DNA of 64,000 nt, taken from assembly GCA_045602325.1 (NCBI GenBank), contig JAZSBH010000039.1:18918-82917 (forward strand), in the 5' to 3' direction. This DNA is from Eubacteriales bacterium (GTDB lineage Bacteria; Bacillota; Clostridia; Oscillospirales; CAG-272). The translations under genes were made by a program, and so were the position numbers. This document shows positions 46,776-54,974 of this stretch, piece after piece. The notes under the pieces were generated by a model that did not search any database, had not been told where the DNA came from, and saw nothing but the letters and a program-made list of their open reading frames with translations. The first letter of the stretch is position 1; each line of letters starts with the position of its first letter.

Positions 46776-47525
46776 ATGAGCACCACAGAGACCGTATTCA
46801 ACAAGAAGATTTCCCTTTGCATTCCCATGTACAACGAGAACAGCATCATCGCTGATACCGCCAAGACCCTGCATGAGTATATGTCCCAGACCTTTGCCGA
46901 CTATGAGATCATTTTCTCCAACGACGGCTCCAAAGACGGTTGTGATAAGACCGTGGAGGAGTTGAACCTGCCTAACGTCCGTGTGGTGGGCTATCCCGAC
47001 AACAAGGGCAAGGGCTGTGCCGTTCGTACCGCACTTCTGGCCGCCGACGGGGATATCATCATGTTCACCGATGCTGACCTGGCCTATGGTACCGACGTCA
47101 TCAAGCAGGTCTACGATACCTTTGCGGACAACCCCGACGCCGATATGGTCATCGGCTCCCGTAACCTCCATAAGGACGGCTATGAGGGTTATACCTTTAT
47201 CCGTAAGCTCATGTCCAAGGTCTATATCAAGATCCTCTGCTTCGTGGGCGGTTTCAAGCTCTCCGACTCCCAGTGCGGCTGCAAGGCGTTCACCAAGCAG
47301 ACCGTCCTGGAGATCTTCCCCCATTGCGAAGTCAACGGCTTTGCCTTCGATTTTGAAGCCATCCTCTGGGCTACCAAGCTGGGCAAGAAGATCGTGGAGA
47401 CCCCCGTCAAGATCATCAACCACCGCGAGTCCAAGGTCAATATCGTCAAGGATACCTTCAAGATGCTGAAGGATCTGCGGAAGATGAAGAAGCGCATCAA
47501 GAAGATCGAGATCGAAATCAAGTGA
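46776..47525 (+). CDS. family 2 glycosyltransferase (polyprenyl-phosphate glycosyltransferase-like)
   Basis: 249 aa. GAAAGGA SD. IPMYNE, NDGSKDG and TDADL (DxD) motifs. Confidence 0.8.
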   Translation: MSTTETVFNKKISLCIPMYNENSIIADTAKTLHEYMSQTFADYEIIFSNDGSKDGCDKTVEELNLPNVRVVGYPDNKGKGCAVRTALLAADGDIIMFTDADLAYGTDVIKQVYDTFADNPDADMVIGSRNLHKDGYEGYTFIRKLMSKVYIKILCFVGGFKLSDSQCGCKAFTKQTVLEIFPHCEVNGFAFDFEAILWATKLGKKIVETPVKIINHRESKVNIVKDTFKMLKDLRKMKKRIKKIEIEIK

Positions 47526-47530
47526 ATCAC

Positions 47531-47560
47531 TGTCCCCGTGTAAAAGCGGGGACATTTTTT
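47531..47560 (+). terminator. intrinsic terminator
   Basis: TGTCCCCG (47531-47538) pairs with CGGGGACA (47547-47554), followed by TTTTTT. Confidence 0.85.
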
Positions 47561-47591
47561 GCCCATTTTCGCAAAAAATCCGCAAAACATC

Positions 47592-47620
47592 TATACAAAT
47601 TCTCTTTTTTATGATATAAT
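47592..47620 (+). promoter_or_regulatory. sigma-A type promoter for rlmB
   Basis: TATACA, 17 nt, TGaTATAAT ending at 47620. Confidence 0.45.
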
Positions 47621-47659
47621 ATACTCTGTATAGAAATATCTTTTTGAAAGGAAATGTGT

Positions 47660-48664
47660 ATGGCATACAATAACGGCGAAAACCGCAATAAAAAGCCCTA
47701 TAAGCCCGAAGGAGGCAAGGGAACCAAGAAATACCCCGCCGACAGAAACTTCACACCTACGGGAGACCGACCTCACAAGGAAGGAAAGCCCTATAGCAAC
47801 AAAAAGGCCTACGAAAAGAAGCCCTACGGAGACAGTCCCCGCAACGATTATAAGTCATACGATAAGAAGCAGTACGACCGCTTTGACGACCGTGTGGACG
47901 ATGAGGACGGAAACACCTCTGACCCGGAAGCGGAAGGTCTTGTGATAGGCCGCAACGCCGTCCGTGAGCTACTCCGCTCCGACCGTACCGTGGACAAGCT
48001 CCTGGTGCGCCGCGGAGACCGTGAGGGCTCCATCGTGGTGCTGGTGGCCGAAGCGGTGGAAAAGGGTATTCCCGTGGTGGAAGTGGATAAGAGCAAGCTG
48101 GATAATCTGGCTGGCTTCGTGCCCCACCAAGGGGTGATCGCCATGGTCGCCCAAAAGGAATATTGTACCGTGGAGGACATCCTCGCCATTGCCGCCGAGC
48201 GGGGAGAAAAGCCCTTTATTGTTATTGCCGATGGCATTACCGACCCTTATAATCTGGGGGCGCTTATCCGTTGTGCCGAGGGGTGCGGTGCCCACGGGCT
48301 CATCATCCCCCGCCGTCGCGCCGTGGGACTCACCGCTTTGGTGGCTAAGTCCTCTGCGGGGGCCATGGAGCATCTGGCTGTAGCCAAGGTCGCCAATATT
48401 CATACTACCATTCTTGAGCTTCAAAAGGCCGGCGTGTGGGTCTACGCGGCTGAGGCAGGCGGTGCCGCTCATTACAATACCAACTTTGAAGGCCCCTGTG
48501 CGTTGGTCATGGGCAGTGAGGGAGACGGCGTTTCCCGCGTAGTCAAGGATGCCTGTGATGGCATCGTGTCCATTCCCATGTACGGCCACGTAAACTCCTT
48601 TAACGTGTCCACCGCGGCCTCGGTCATTTTGGCCGAGATCGCCCGTCAGCATCATAAAAAATAA
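47660..48664 (+). CDS. rlmB: TrmH/SpoU-family 23S rRNA Gm2251 2'-O-methyltransferase with basic N-terminal extension
   Basis: About 334 aa. ATG at 47660 lies 7 nt after GAAAGGA; the track ATG at 47654 is also possible. SpoU motifs GSEGDGVS and IPMYGHVNSFNVSTAASVILAE. Lys/Pro/Tyr-rich first ~95 residues. Confidence 0.85.
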   Translation: MAYNNGENRNKKPYKPEGGKGTKKYPADRNFTPTGDRPHKEGKPYSNKKAYEKKPYGDSPRNDYKSYDKKQYDRFDDRVDDEDGNTSDPEAEGLVIGRNAVRELLRSDRTVDKLLVRRGDREGSIVVLVAEAVEKGIPVVEVDKSKLDNLAGFVPHQGVIAMVAQKEYCTVEDILAIAAERGEKPFIVIADGITDPYNLGALIRCAEGCGAHGLIIPRRRAVGLTALVAKSSAGAMEHLAVAKVANIHTTILELQKAGVWVYAAEAGGAAHYNTNFEGPCALVMGSEGDGVSRVVKDACDGIVSIPMYGHVNSFNVSTAASVILAEIARQHHKK

Positions 48665-48704
48665 AAAAGCGAATCCCCATTCCAAACCGAAGGGAGGGAC
48701 TGAC

Positions 48705-51700
48705 TTGTCCGATCCGAAGAAGAATGCGAAAAAGAATCCCGAGAATACGTCCGTGGATTGGGCTGAAAAACTGAAAGCCTCCATGAATGACGGGTACACA
48801 GAATCGAAAACCGATACGTCTTCCGTCGACGACGATGATCTGGCCGCGTTGCTCCGTGCGCAGTTGAGCATGAATACGACCGAGACCTCCTTGTTGGAAA
48901 CGTTGGATACGTCTGAATTTGAAGAAGAAGAGGCGGAGGACGAGAACGAGGAAGAAAAAGTATTTCTGGATCCCGAATGCCCCGTTTTTGACGACTCCGA
49001 CGATCTCGTCGAGGGAGACCCTGACGAGATCATTGAGGACGAGCCCGACGAGAATATGGAGGACGATCTCGATGAGATCATCGAGGATGATCTTGACGAG
49101 ATCATTGAGGACGAGCTCGACGAGAATATGGAGGACGATCTTGATGAGATCATTGAGGATGATCTTGACGAGATCATTGAGGACGAGCCCGACGAGAATA
49201 TGGAGGACGATCTTGATGAGATCATCGAGGACGAACCCGACGAGAACATGGTGGACGATCTTGACGAGATCATCGAGGACAAACAAGATGAAAATAGTAT
49301 GGAGTATGAGGAAGATGTCTTCATTAAGGCAGAATCGTCCCCTTCGATCAAGAGATATTATCGCCGACCCTCGAATACCTATTATACAGACGACCGCTTG
49401 AACGGGCTGTCTCCCGATGAGATTCTCGGGGGGGCTCGGTTGCAGGCGCTGGATAAGGAAAATACAAGATTACTCAAGGAGGAAGATCCGTACTATACGT
49501 CGGGGGATTCTGGAATTGATATGGCTCATATCACTCCGGAGGACGAGAGCGGATTGGCCGTCGATGAAATCTTAGGCGAAGAAAACCGAGAGCCCATTCA
49601 CCGAACGGCAGAAAAGCACACCGTCAACCGTTCTCGTTCATTTGTACAGATTCGTGATCCGTTACAGTTGAATCTGGATGATATTTCTCCCACGGCAGGA
49701 CATAATTTTACGATCAAACCCAAAGATACCACCATATCTTCAACAACTGCATCCCGCCATACGGCGGAACACGCGGATTACACCGAATCCATGTCTTATG
49801 CGGGTGGCGAAAAAGAAATGCTCCGTGATACCGATTTGTGTATGCGGCTTGGTTACGAGGAATCTCTCCGTCATGCTGACGAGCAAAAACGCGTTGAGCA
49901 GATCAGGGCAAATACATATGAGAATCAAAAGACAAGATCATCGAATGAACGCCCCGTAGTGAAATTCGGACGTGAATACCGAGGGCGAACAGATACCGAC
50001 CGTATTGAGCTTCTGTATACCCGTGCCCGTCGGTATAATCTGATTCGCTTGTGTCTTGCGTGTACAGGAGCTCTGGGAGCTCTCCTGTATGATACCTTAC
50101 CGGTAATGGCTACCTCCGACAACGTCATATCCTTCACAAACTCGCTTCTGTATGCTCCGCTCGGTCTTCTTTGGATGCTCTTGGTTTGTTTGCCCTTCGT
50201 CACCCGTCTGGGGAGGGGGATCAAGAGTCTGTTGAGCTTTGAACCTACACGATTCGCTGTCGCGGCTATGGGTATTCTTATTACGACGGTTCACGATGTG
50301 ATCGCATGCTTCGTGAGGGATCCTGCCGGACTACCCCTATTTGGCGGTGTTGCGCTGGTCATGCTATCCGTTGCTACACTGTCCGAATATTGGGTGACAG
50401 AGGGAGAGCATCTTGCCTTTGCGGTGGTGTCTTCCGGAAAAACCGCCCATGTTATGACGAATGAGCCTACTCCTGCCACGACCGCTTTGCACCATTTCCA
50501 CGAGGCCGGCAAAGATCTCGGCAGAGCGAATGCTTCGTCCAAACGGTCAATTTTTACCATTGTTCACACAGGACAGATCGCAGACTACTTTGCTCGTACG
50601 GAGCAATATAATTCCTATATGGGACGGCTCAATTACCTACTTCCTGTTGCGCTGCTTATCTCCATTGTCAGTGCAGGGTTGGCGGTGATGCTGAAAGGAG
50701 ATCCCTTGACGGACGGTGTACGGACATTTACGGCCACGTATTTGTCGTGTATACCCGCCGCTTATCTCATCGCCATGACGCTTCCTTTGTATGAAGTCAA
50801 TCGCTCTCTCTGCAAAAAAGGTGCGGCTGTTATCGGAACCGCCGCCCCCGATGAGTATGTAGGCAAATACCCGGCGCATTTGATTTTCCCCGATGGAGAC
50901 GCCTTGAAAACTTTGTATCGAAAGGATATCACCCTGCGAGGGGATCATGATTCGGCTGAATGGCAACGTATAGCGGACGTGATCTTCTGCCTTTTGGATA
51001 CACCCCTTGGGGTAGAGTCTGCACTCCGTGATCGAAGCGCAGAAGGATACCGCATCGATATTGCCGAGACTGCAGATCAATACCTTCGCCTCTACTTGTT
51101 TGACACCGAAAACCATCGCACAATAGAAGTTATGATGGGCTCTCATGATGCTCTGACGCGCCGAGGTGTACGCCTTCCGAAGATCAATATGGAACAGCGG
51201 TATAAAAAGAGCGAGGGAAGCCGTGTGATGTATCTGGCATTTAACCGCAGTTTTCATTTGGCATACGCCGCAGAATACCGTGTGGGACGCACCTTCGCTC
51301 GTACGGCTACTACTCTTTTCGAGATGGGACACGGCGTGTCGCTCGCTTCCTATGATCCGCTGTTGGATTCCGATATGGAGGGGATCAACCGCCTGCGTAA
51401 GCGGCATCAGTTGGACGTACTCCGACCTACAGATTACGAGCCTGTCCGTAAAACCCGTTCCAGCGGAGTGATCGCGACGGGACGCTGCCTGGATATTATT
51501 CGTCCTTTAACAGCCTGCCATGGTATGAAGCGAGCATATCGGAATGCCTACTTATTCAGCTGGCTGTTCCTTGCTGTAAGTGCAGGTTTATCCATGCTGG
51601 CGGCTTGCTTGGGTGGACAAGGTCTGTTGTGCTCGGTCATTGTGTCTGCTTGGCAGATGATCGTTGCCCTTGCCATGATCTCTGTCAGCCTTATGTCGGT

Positions 51701-51782
51701 AAGAAAAACCATGGACAGTGAAACAAAGCCGCAATTTGACCTTAAGTTTGAGGAACCTACCGAAAACGCCCCCCAAAAATGA
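48705..51782 (+). CDS. large membrane protein: acidic tandem-repeat N-terminus plus degenerate P-type-ATPase-like membrane scaffold
   Basis: 1025 aa. TTG start with GGGAGGG 6 nt upstream. Residues ~105-195 are D/E-rich repeats. Hydrophobic helices run from residue ~445 onward in a P1B-ATPase-like order, but no DKTGT, TGES or GDGxND was seen. Confidence 0.7.
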   Translation: MSDPKKNAKKNPENTSVDWAEKLKASMNDGYTESKTDTSSVDDDDLAALLRAQLSMNTTETSLLETLDTSEFEEEEAEDENEEEKVFLDPECPVFDDSDDLVEGDPDEIIEDEPDENMEDDLDEIIEDDLDEIIEDELDENMEDDLDEIIEDDLDEIIEDEPDENMEDDLDEIIEDEPDENMVDDLDEIIEDKQDENSMEYEEDVFIKAESSPSIKRYYRRPSNTYYTDDRLNGLSPDEILGGARLQALDKENTRLLKEEDPYYTSGDSGIDMAHITPEDESGLAVDEILGEENREPIHRTAEKHTVNRSRSFVQIRDPLQLNLDDISPTAGHNFTIKPKDTTISSTTASRHTAEHADYTESMSYAGGEKEMLRDTDLCMRLGYEESLRHADEQKRVEQIRANTYENQKTRSSNERPVVKFGREYRGRTDTDRIELLYTRARRYNLIRLCLACTGALGALLYDTLPVMATSDNVISFTNSLLYAPLGLLWMLLVCLPFVTRLGRGIKSLLSFEPTRFAVAAMGILITTVHDVIACFVRDPAGLPLFGGVALVMLSVATLSEYWVTEGEHLAFAVVSSGKTAHVMTNEPTPATTALHHFHEAGKDLGRANASSKRSIFTIVHTGQIADYFARTEQYNSYMGRLNYLLPVALLISIVSAGLAVMLKGDPLTDGVRTFTATYLSCIPAAYLIAMTLPLYEVNRSLCKKGAAVIGTAAPDEYVGKYPAHLIFPDGDALKTLYRKDITLRGDHDSAEWQRIADVIFCLLDTPLGVESALRDRSAEGYRIDIAETADQYLRLYLFDTENHRTIEVMMGSHDALTRRGVRLPKINMEQRYKKSEGSRVMYLAFNRSFHLAYAAEYRVGRTFARTATTLFEMGHGVSLASYDPLLDSDMEGINRLRKRHQLDVLRPTDYEPVRKTRSSGVIATGRCLDIIRPLTACHGMKRAYRNAYLFSWLFLAVSAGLSMLAACLGGQGLLCSVIVSAWQMIVALAMISVSLMSVRKTMDSETKPQFDLKFEEPTENAPQK
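49023..49286. repeat. in-frame tandem repeat, eleven 24-bp units organised as 48+24 bp super-units
   Basis: Unit starts at 49023, 49071, 49095, 49143, 49167, 49215 and 49263. The 72-bp blocks 49023-49094 and 49095-49166 differ at 3 positions. Encodes DEIIEDEPDENMEDDL / DEIIEDDL. Confidence 0.95.
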
Positions 51783-53680
51783 AATACACAACGATAAGCG
51801 ATAAGGAAAAAACAACCATCATGAACCAAAATCAAAAACGTATGCTCCTGACCTCCGTATCCCGTCCCGGCCGTTACGCGGGCGGTGAGTACGGTCAGAT
51901 CATCAAGGACAAAACCACCGTCAAGGCGCGCTTTGCCTTCGCATTCCCCGATTCCTACGAGATCGGTATGTCCAACCTGGGCGTCCGCATCCTCTACCAT
52001 TGCCTCAACCTTCACGACGACATCTGGTGCGAGCGTACCTACGCCCCCTGGACGGATATGCAGGAAAAGATGGTGGCAGGGAACGTCCCACTTACCTGCC
52101 TGGAGAGCGGCGATCCCATCTCCGAATTTGACTTTTTGGGCTTCACCCTCCAGTATGAGATGTGCTACACCACTGTGCTGAATATGCTGGAGCTGTCCCA
52201 TATCCCCCTTCGTGCGTCTGACCGTGGCGAGAACTGCCCCCTGGTCATCGGTGGTGGCCCCTGCGCCTACAATCCCGAGCCCATCGCGGATTTCTTTGAC
52301 CTCTTCAACATCGGTGAGGGCGAGGAAATGCTTCCCGAAATTGTTCGTCTCTACATCAAGATGAAGGACGAGGGCACCTATACCCGCGCCGCCTTCCTCC
52401 ACGAGGCCGCCCGCACCATTCAGGGCGTTTACGTGCCTTCTCTCTACAAGGTCACCTACAACCCCGATGGCACCGTGGAGGCCTACACCCCTATCTACGA
52501 CGATATCCCCAAGACCGTGACCAAGCGCATCGTGAAGGATCTGGATAAGACTCCTTTCCCTGATAAGGTGGTCATGCCCTACATCGAGACGGTGCAGGAT
52601 CGCATCACGGTAGAGGTGGGACGTGGCTGTATCCGCGGTTGCCGCTTCTGCCAGGCGGGCATGGTCTACCGCCCCGTCCGCGAAAAGTCCCCCGAGGTGG
52701 TGGACTGCCAGTGCCGCGCCATCTTCGAGTCCTCGGGTTACGAGGAAATGTCCCTGTCCTCCCTGTCCATCAGCGATTACACCAAGGTCAATGAGCTGAC
52801 CGACAGCCTCCTGTCCTGGTCGAATCCCAACATGGTCAGCCTCTCCCTGCCCTCCCTCCGTGCCGATTCCTTCACCCGCGAGCTCATGGACAAGGTGGCC
52901 TCCATCCGCAATTCCACCATCACCTTCGCCCCTGAGGCAGGCTCCCAGCGGCTCCGCGACGTCATCAATAAGAATCTGTATGAGGAAGACCTTATGCGCG
53001 CGGTGAACGTGGCCTTTGACGTGGGTAAGAATCAGGTCAAGCTCTACTTCATGCAGGGCCATCCCACCGAGACCGACGAGGATCTGGCCGAAATCCCCGA
53101 GCTGGCCCACCGCGTGGTGTCTGCCTACTATCAGAATCCCAACCGCCGCAAGGGTCAGCACGCCCAGGTCACCATCAGCGTCTCCCCCTTCATCCCCAAG
53201 ACCTTTACCCCTTTCCAGTGGGAGCCCCAGGACACCCTCGAGGAGATGGAGCGCAAGCAGGCCTTCGTGGGCTCCTGCGTCCACGACCGCCGTGTGAAAT
53301 ACAACTACCATAACGCCAAGACCTGTCATCTGGAGGCAGTTTTTGCCCGCGGTGACCGCCGCCTCGCTCCCGCCCTGGAGGAAGCCTGCCGTCGCGGCTA
53401 TAAGTTCGAGGCATGGTCGGAGTTTTTCAACTACGAGGGATGGATGGAGATCTTTGCCGAAACCGGCATTGACCCTGCCTTCTACGCCAACCGCCGCTAC
53501 GGTCTGGACGAAGTCCTCCCCTGGGACGTCATCGACTGCGGCGTGACCAAGAAATTCCTGCAAAGAGAGAACGCCCGCGCCCACGAGGGGAATACTACCC
53601 CCAACTGCCGCGAAAACTGCTCGGGCTGCGGAGCCAATAAGATGGGAGGTGAGCGCGCATGCTGTCCCAAGACAAAATGA
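51779..53680 (+). CDS. B12-binding-domain radical SAM protein, TIGR03960-like
   Basis: 633 aa. CIRGCRFC (Cx3Cx2C). N-terminal VSRPGRYAGGEYG pattern. The ATG at 51779 overlaps the upstream TGA (ATGA). An alternative ATG at 51821 would give a more typical N-terminus. Confidence 0.85.
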   Translation: MKYTTISDKEKTTIMNQNQKRMLLTSVSRPGRYAGGEYGQIIKDKTTVKARFAFAFPDSYEIGMSNLGVRILYHCLNLHDDIWCERTYAPWTDMQEKMVAGNVPLTCLESGDPISEFDFLGFTLQYEMCYTTVLNMLELSHIPLRASDRGENCPLVIGGGPCAYNPEPIADFFDLFNIGEGEEMLPEIVRLYIKMKDEGTYTRAAFLHEAARTIQGVYVPSLYKVTYNPDGTVEAYTPIYDDIPKTVTKRIVKDLDKTPFPDKVVMPYIETVQDRITVEVGRGCIRGCRFCQAGMVYRPVREKSPEVVDCQCRAIFESSGYEEMSLSSLSISDYTKVNELTDSLLSWSNPNMVSLSLPSLRADSFTRELMDKVASIRNSTITFAPEAGSQRLRDVINKNLYEEDLMRAVNVAFDVGKNQVKLYFMQGHPTETDEDLAEIPELAHRVVSAYYQNPNRRKGQHAQVTISVSPFIPKTFTPFQWEPQDTLEEMERKQAFVGSCVHDRRVKYNYHNAKTCHLEAVFARGDRRLAPALEEACRRGYKFEAWSEFFNYEGWMEIFAETGIDPAFYANRRYGLDEVLPWDVIDCGVTKKFLQRENARAHEGNTTPNCRENCSGCGANKMGGERACCPKTK

Positions 53681-54417
53681 ACCGTATATCCAAATTTGAC
53701 CGCGAAAAGCTGGATACCCCCATCACGGTTCGCGTGATCTTCCAAAAGACGGGTAACCTCCAGTATTTTTCCCATCTTGATCTCCAGCGCACCTGGCAGA
53801 GAGTCCTGGTCCGCGCCTCCATCCCCATGTGGTACACCCAGGGCTTCAACCCCCACAGTAAGATCACCTTCGGCGTGCCTCTGCCCGTAGGTTCCGAGGG
53901 CATGGAGGAAATGGTAGACCTCCGCATCGATCGTGAGATCACCCCCGCCGAGATCAAGGCCCAGCTCAACGCCGAGCTCACCGCCGAGATGCAGGTCTCG
54001 GAGGTCTATATCCCCACCACCGCCTTCTCGGATATCGCCTGGGGTACCTACCAGATGACCCTGAAGACCCCCGGTGACCCCATCGAAAACGCTCGTGCCA
54101 TCAATGCCATCTTCGCCCCCGACGCCGAGCCCATCATCATGACCAAGCGAAGCAAATCGGGCGATAAGGATGTCAACATCCTCCCCATGATCCACGCGGT
54201 CAAGGCTGTGGCCGACGTCAACGGATTCATTCAAATCCGCGCCACCCTCCGTGCGGGGAATAGTGAGAATCTGAATCCCGAGTACCTCATTAAGGCTATG
54301 CGGGATCGCCTCGGCATTCTCCCTGAGGGCGGCGAGTATGATGAGGTGTGGTATCGGATTCTGCGTATCGGCTTCCATGACGAAAAGGGAGTGGAAGTAG
54401 GGAAGTGGTTCCGGTAA
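53659..54417 (+). CDS. radical SAM-associated protein, TIGR03936/DUF2344-like
   Basis: 252 aa. GGAGG 9 nt upstream of the ATG at 53659. Alternative ATG at 53677 forms ATGA with the upstream stop. YFSHLDLQRTWQR and GFNPHSKITFG pattern. Confidence 0.8.
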   Translation: MLSQDKMNRISKFDREKLDTPITVRVIFQKTGNLQYFSHLDLQRTWQRVLVRASIPMWYTQGFNPHSKITFGVPLPVGSEGMEEMVDLRIDREITPAEIKAQLNAELTAEMQVSEVYIPTTAFSDIAWGTYQMTLKTPGDPIENARAINAIFAPDAEPIIMTKRSKSGDKDVNILPMIHAVKAVADVNGFIQIRATLRAGNSENLNPEYLIKAMRDRLGILPEGGEYDEVWYRILRIGFHDEKGVEVGKWFR

Positions 54418-54509
54418 GTTCGGGATTTTTGAAAAGATTCGTGATCCTGTAAGATTTTCCATATTTTGGGTGTCTTATATGGATGAAGGCACTTTGAAAG
54501 GAGAATATT

Positions 54510-54908
54510 ATGAAAAAGCATATCCCTCAAATTGTTCTCCTGCTCCTCTGTATCCTGCGCCCCTTCTCCCGCGTCTTCAATATGCTGGCCTATTTGGCCG
54601 CCTACGTGGACGAGTCCGCCGGCTTCCTCATTGATCTGGCCGGCTTGATATGGGGCATCGTGGGTATCGTCGTTGCCTCAGGCTTGATCTTTCGTCTCAT
54701 GCGAAAGATCAGCGCATGGATGACCTTCGCTGTCACGGGTCTTGATATCCTCGCTTGCCTCTACTTCGTGGTTGTGAACGGAGGACTCATGATGCTCTTT
54801 ATCCTGATCTCCCTGTTCTTCTCGGTCGCCATGCTTTTGTTGGGTATCATTACATTGCGTACGTTGGACGGGAAGTTCCTTTCTGATCGCATTAAGTGTT
54901 TTTCCTGA
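54510..54908 (+). CDS. hypothetical membrane protein
   Basis: 132 aa. AAAGGAG SD. Four hydrophobic segments. Confidence 0.6.
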   Translation: MKKHIPQIVLLLLCILRPFSRVFNMLAYLAAYVDESAGFLIDLAGLIWGIVGIVVASGLIFRLMRKISAWMTFAVTGLDILACLYFVVVNGGLMMLFILISLFFSVAMLLLGIITLRTLDGKFLSDRIKCFS

Positions 54909-54927
54909 TATTTTAACTTTTAACAAT

Positions 54928-54959
54928 CTAAAAGGGCGATTCCCCACGGGAACCGCCCT
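54928..54959 (-). terminator. intrinsic terminator after the beta-helix lipoprotein gene
   Basis: AGGGCG-a-TTCCC / GGGAA-c-CGCCCT hairpin (54933-54959), followed on the minus strand by TTTTAG. Confidence 0.6.
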
Positions 54960-54974
54960 AAATGAAACTCTATT

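Noticed and set aside
49023-49286. Regularly spaced repeats that might be mistaken for a CRISPR array
   Set aside because: The units are contiguous with no spacers and are 24 bp long. They lie in-frame inside a long ORF with a strong SD, and there are no cas genes in the window.
47969-49351. 460-aa Ser-rich minus-strand ORF (SSMISSRSS repeats), and the 220-aa ORF at 48624-49286
   Set aside because: They are reverse-frame readings of the acidic tandem repeat and of rlmB. There is no SD, and the plus-strand genes have strong SDs and recognisable domains.
51548-53584. 678-aa minus-strand ORF, plus similar antisense ORFs at 4483-5604, 5762-6946, 8588-9466, 10080-11279, 15085-16179, 16691-17944, 22299-23426, 23635-24816, 25737-27098, 42441-43412, 44889-45974, 45778-46758, 46755-47666, 53497-54462 and 59537-60682
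   Set aside because: All lie opposite genes with clear motifs, lack SD sequences and have the same low-complexity G/V/D/H composition typical of shadow frames.
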